Part shown: piece after piece, positions 1 through 335 of the stretch | Position numbering within the stretch: position 1 is the stretch's first letter | Layout of the letters: each line of letters starts with the position of its first letter | NCBI RefSeq assembly: GCF_003334385.1 | Contig: NZ_QOWN01000199.1 | Reading direction: 5' to 3' (one strand) | Source of the DNA: Escherichia coli | GTDB lineage: Bacteria; Pseudomonadota; Gammaproteobacteria; Enterobacterales; Enterobacteriaceae | DNA length: 335 bases | Program-made: the position numbers and the translations under genes | Notes under the pieces: model-generated | The model's database searches: none | Told to the model about the DNA's origin: nothing | What the model saw: the letters and a program-made list of their open reading frames with translations, nothing else

Positions 1-335
1 ACCACCTGCTCAATCGTACAACTGAAATCACTGTACCTGGCGTTATCTGTGACGCTCCACTCCCGGCACACCACCCTCACCGTCCGGTTATGTTTCGGTG
101 GTCGCCACAAAAAGGCACGGTAACCACCATGCCACGATAAAAATTCATCCAGCCAGCGCCGGGTTGGTTCATCCGTCACCCGGAACACCGCCTGAAACGT
201 CTTCAGTCTGGCATTAAGTCCCGTCGGTCGGCGCTGTTCATAACCGTCACCAAACCGAACCCTCACCACCGACGGTTTCTCACTCACCTGCATCCCTTCA
301 CGCGGGACCAGATGCAGCGTTTTTATCTCAGCCAC
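1..335 (-). CDS. M: Lambda-like phage minor tail protein M (tail-tip assembly protein, gpM homologue). 3' end truncated by the window edge at position 1, with a stop expected a few nt beyond. Start probably GTG at 333-335 or just upstream of the window.
   Basis: The reverse-complement frame beginning at plus-strand 335 is open for 111 consecutive codons, while the other two minus frames stop within 13 nt and the plus frames stop at 23-25, 121-123 and 136-138. The translation aligns along its whole length with lambda gpM as I recall it (MKTFRWKVKPGMDVASVPSVRKVRFGDGYSQRAPAGLNANLKTY...HGGWKSFLWTPPYEWRQIKVTCAKW...EFEQVVN), with about 40-45% identity by eye and one small indel. Shared motifs are GM.V..PSV..VRFGDGY.QR.P.GLNA.LKT, FL..HGG...FLW.PP, C..WS and FS...EQV. 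The plus strand is C-rich, so the coding strand is G/purine-rich, as is typical of coding sequence. Confidence 0.93.
   Translation of the reverse strand, partial: MAEIKTLHLVPREGMQVSEKPSVVRVRFGDGYEQRRPTGLNARLKTFQAVFRVTDEPTRRWLDEFLSWHGGYRAFLWRPPKHNRTVRVVCREWSVTDNARYSDFSCTIEQV
323..335 (-). CDS. Extreme 3' terminus (last 2-4 codons plus stop) of the upstream tail gene, presumably the tape-measure protein (lambda H equivalent). Frame is ambiguous: the stop is either TAA at plus 323-325 or TGA at plus 328-330.
   Basis: Inference only. The gpM homology begins at codon 4 of the open frame, and lambda's ATG position is occupied by ATA here, so M probably starts at the GTG at 333-335. Both alternative minus-strand frames terminate immediately (g-TGG-CTG-AGA-TAA and gt-GGC-TGA), which is what a tightly packed upstream gene ending here would look like. 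In lambda, as I recall, the H stop overlaps the M start (ATGA). Too short to verify by composition or homology. Confidence 0.25.

Noticed and set aside
2-9. Chi-like octamer: minus strand GCAGGTGG (plus 2-9 CCACCTGC).
   Set aside because: It differs from the canonical Chi site GCTGGTGG at one position, so it is not a Chi site.
109-114. Homopolymer run (plus AAAAAG, i.e. mRNA CUUUUUG) as a possible programmed frameshift site.
   Set aside because: It does not fit an X-XXY-YYZ slippery heptamer in the coding frame (GCC-TTT-TTG), there is no downstream open alternative frame, and the known lambda tail frameshift is in G/GT, not M.
1-135. Plus-strand open stretches: frame +1 open 1-120 and frame +3 open 3-135, the latter containing an ATG at 89-91.
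   Set aside because: Short, antisense to a strongly supported full-length ORF with clear homology, no plausible ribosome-binding site, and the translations are low-complexity with no recognisable similarity. They are the expected by-product of a G-rich coding strand.
73-267. 9-bp direct repeat ACCCTCACC at 73-81 and 259-267.
   Set aside because: Both copies are the minus-strand codons GTG-AGG-GT encoding Val-Arg-Val (in SVVRVRF and RTVRVVC). It is explained by amino-acid sequence and codon choice, and a single 9-mer repeat is not statistically remarkable in a biased coding sequence.
291-299. Internal in-frame ATG (minus strand, plus 291-293, Met15) preceded by GAAGGG as a possible alternative start.
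   Set aside because: The SD-like GAAGGG abuts the ATG with no spacer. Homology to lambda gpM extends 11 residues upstream of this Met, and lambda has a conserved internal Met (GM) at the same position. It is an internal methionine, not the start.

Overview
The whole 335-bp window lies inside one gene on the minus strand. Only one of the six reading frames is free of stop codons, and it is open for all 111 codons (plus-strand 335 down to 3, with 2 nt of a further codon at 1-2). Its translation is VAEIKTLHLVPREGMQVSEKPSVVRVRFGDGYEQRRPTGLNARLKTFQAVFRVTDEPTRRWLDEFLSWHGGYRAFLWRPPKHNRTVRVVCREWSVTDNARYSDFSCTIEQV. I recognise this as a homologue of phage lambda minor tail protein M (gpM, about 109 aa), sharing the FGDGY, GLNA-LKT, HGG and FLW-PP motifs. 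The 3' end of the gene runs off the window at position 1. The 5' end is probably the GTG at 333-335, overlapping the last codons of the upstream tail gene, which by lambda synteny would be the tape-measure gene. GC content is about 56% (188/335 counted by hand), and the sequence looks like an enterobacterial lambdoid prophage tail module. I see no evidence of a novel or undescribed system here: the window is fully explained by a conserved structural phage gene. The findings below are modest and concern the start codon, codon usage and divergence from lambda. All homology statements rest on my recollection of the lambda gpM sequence, not on a database search.
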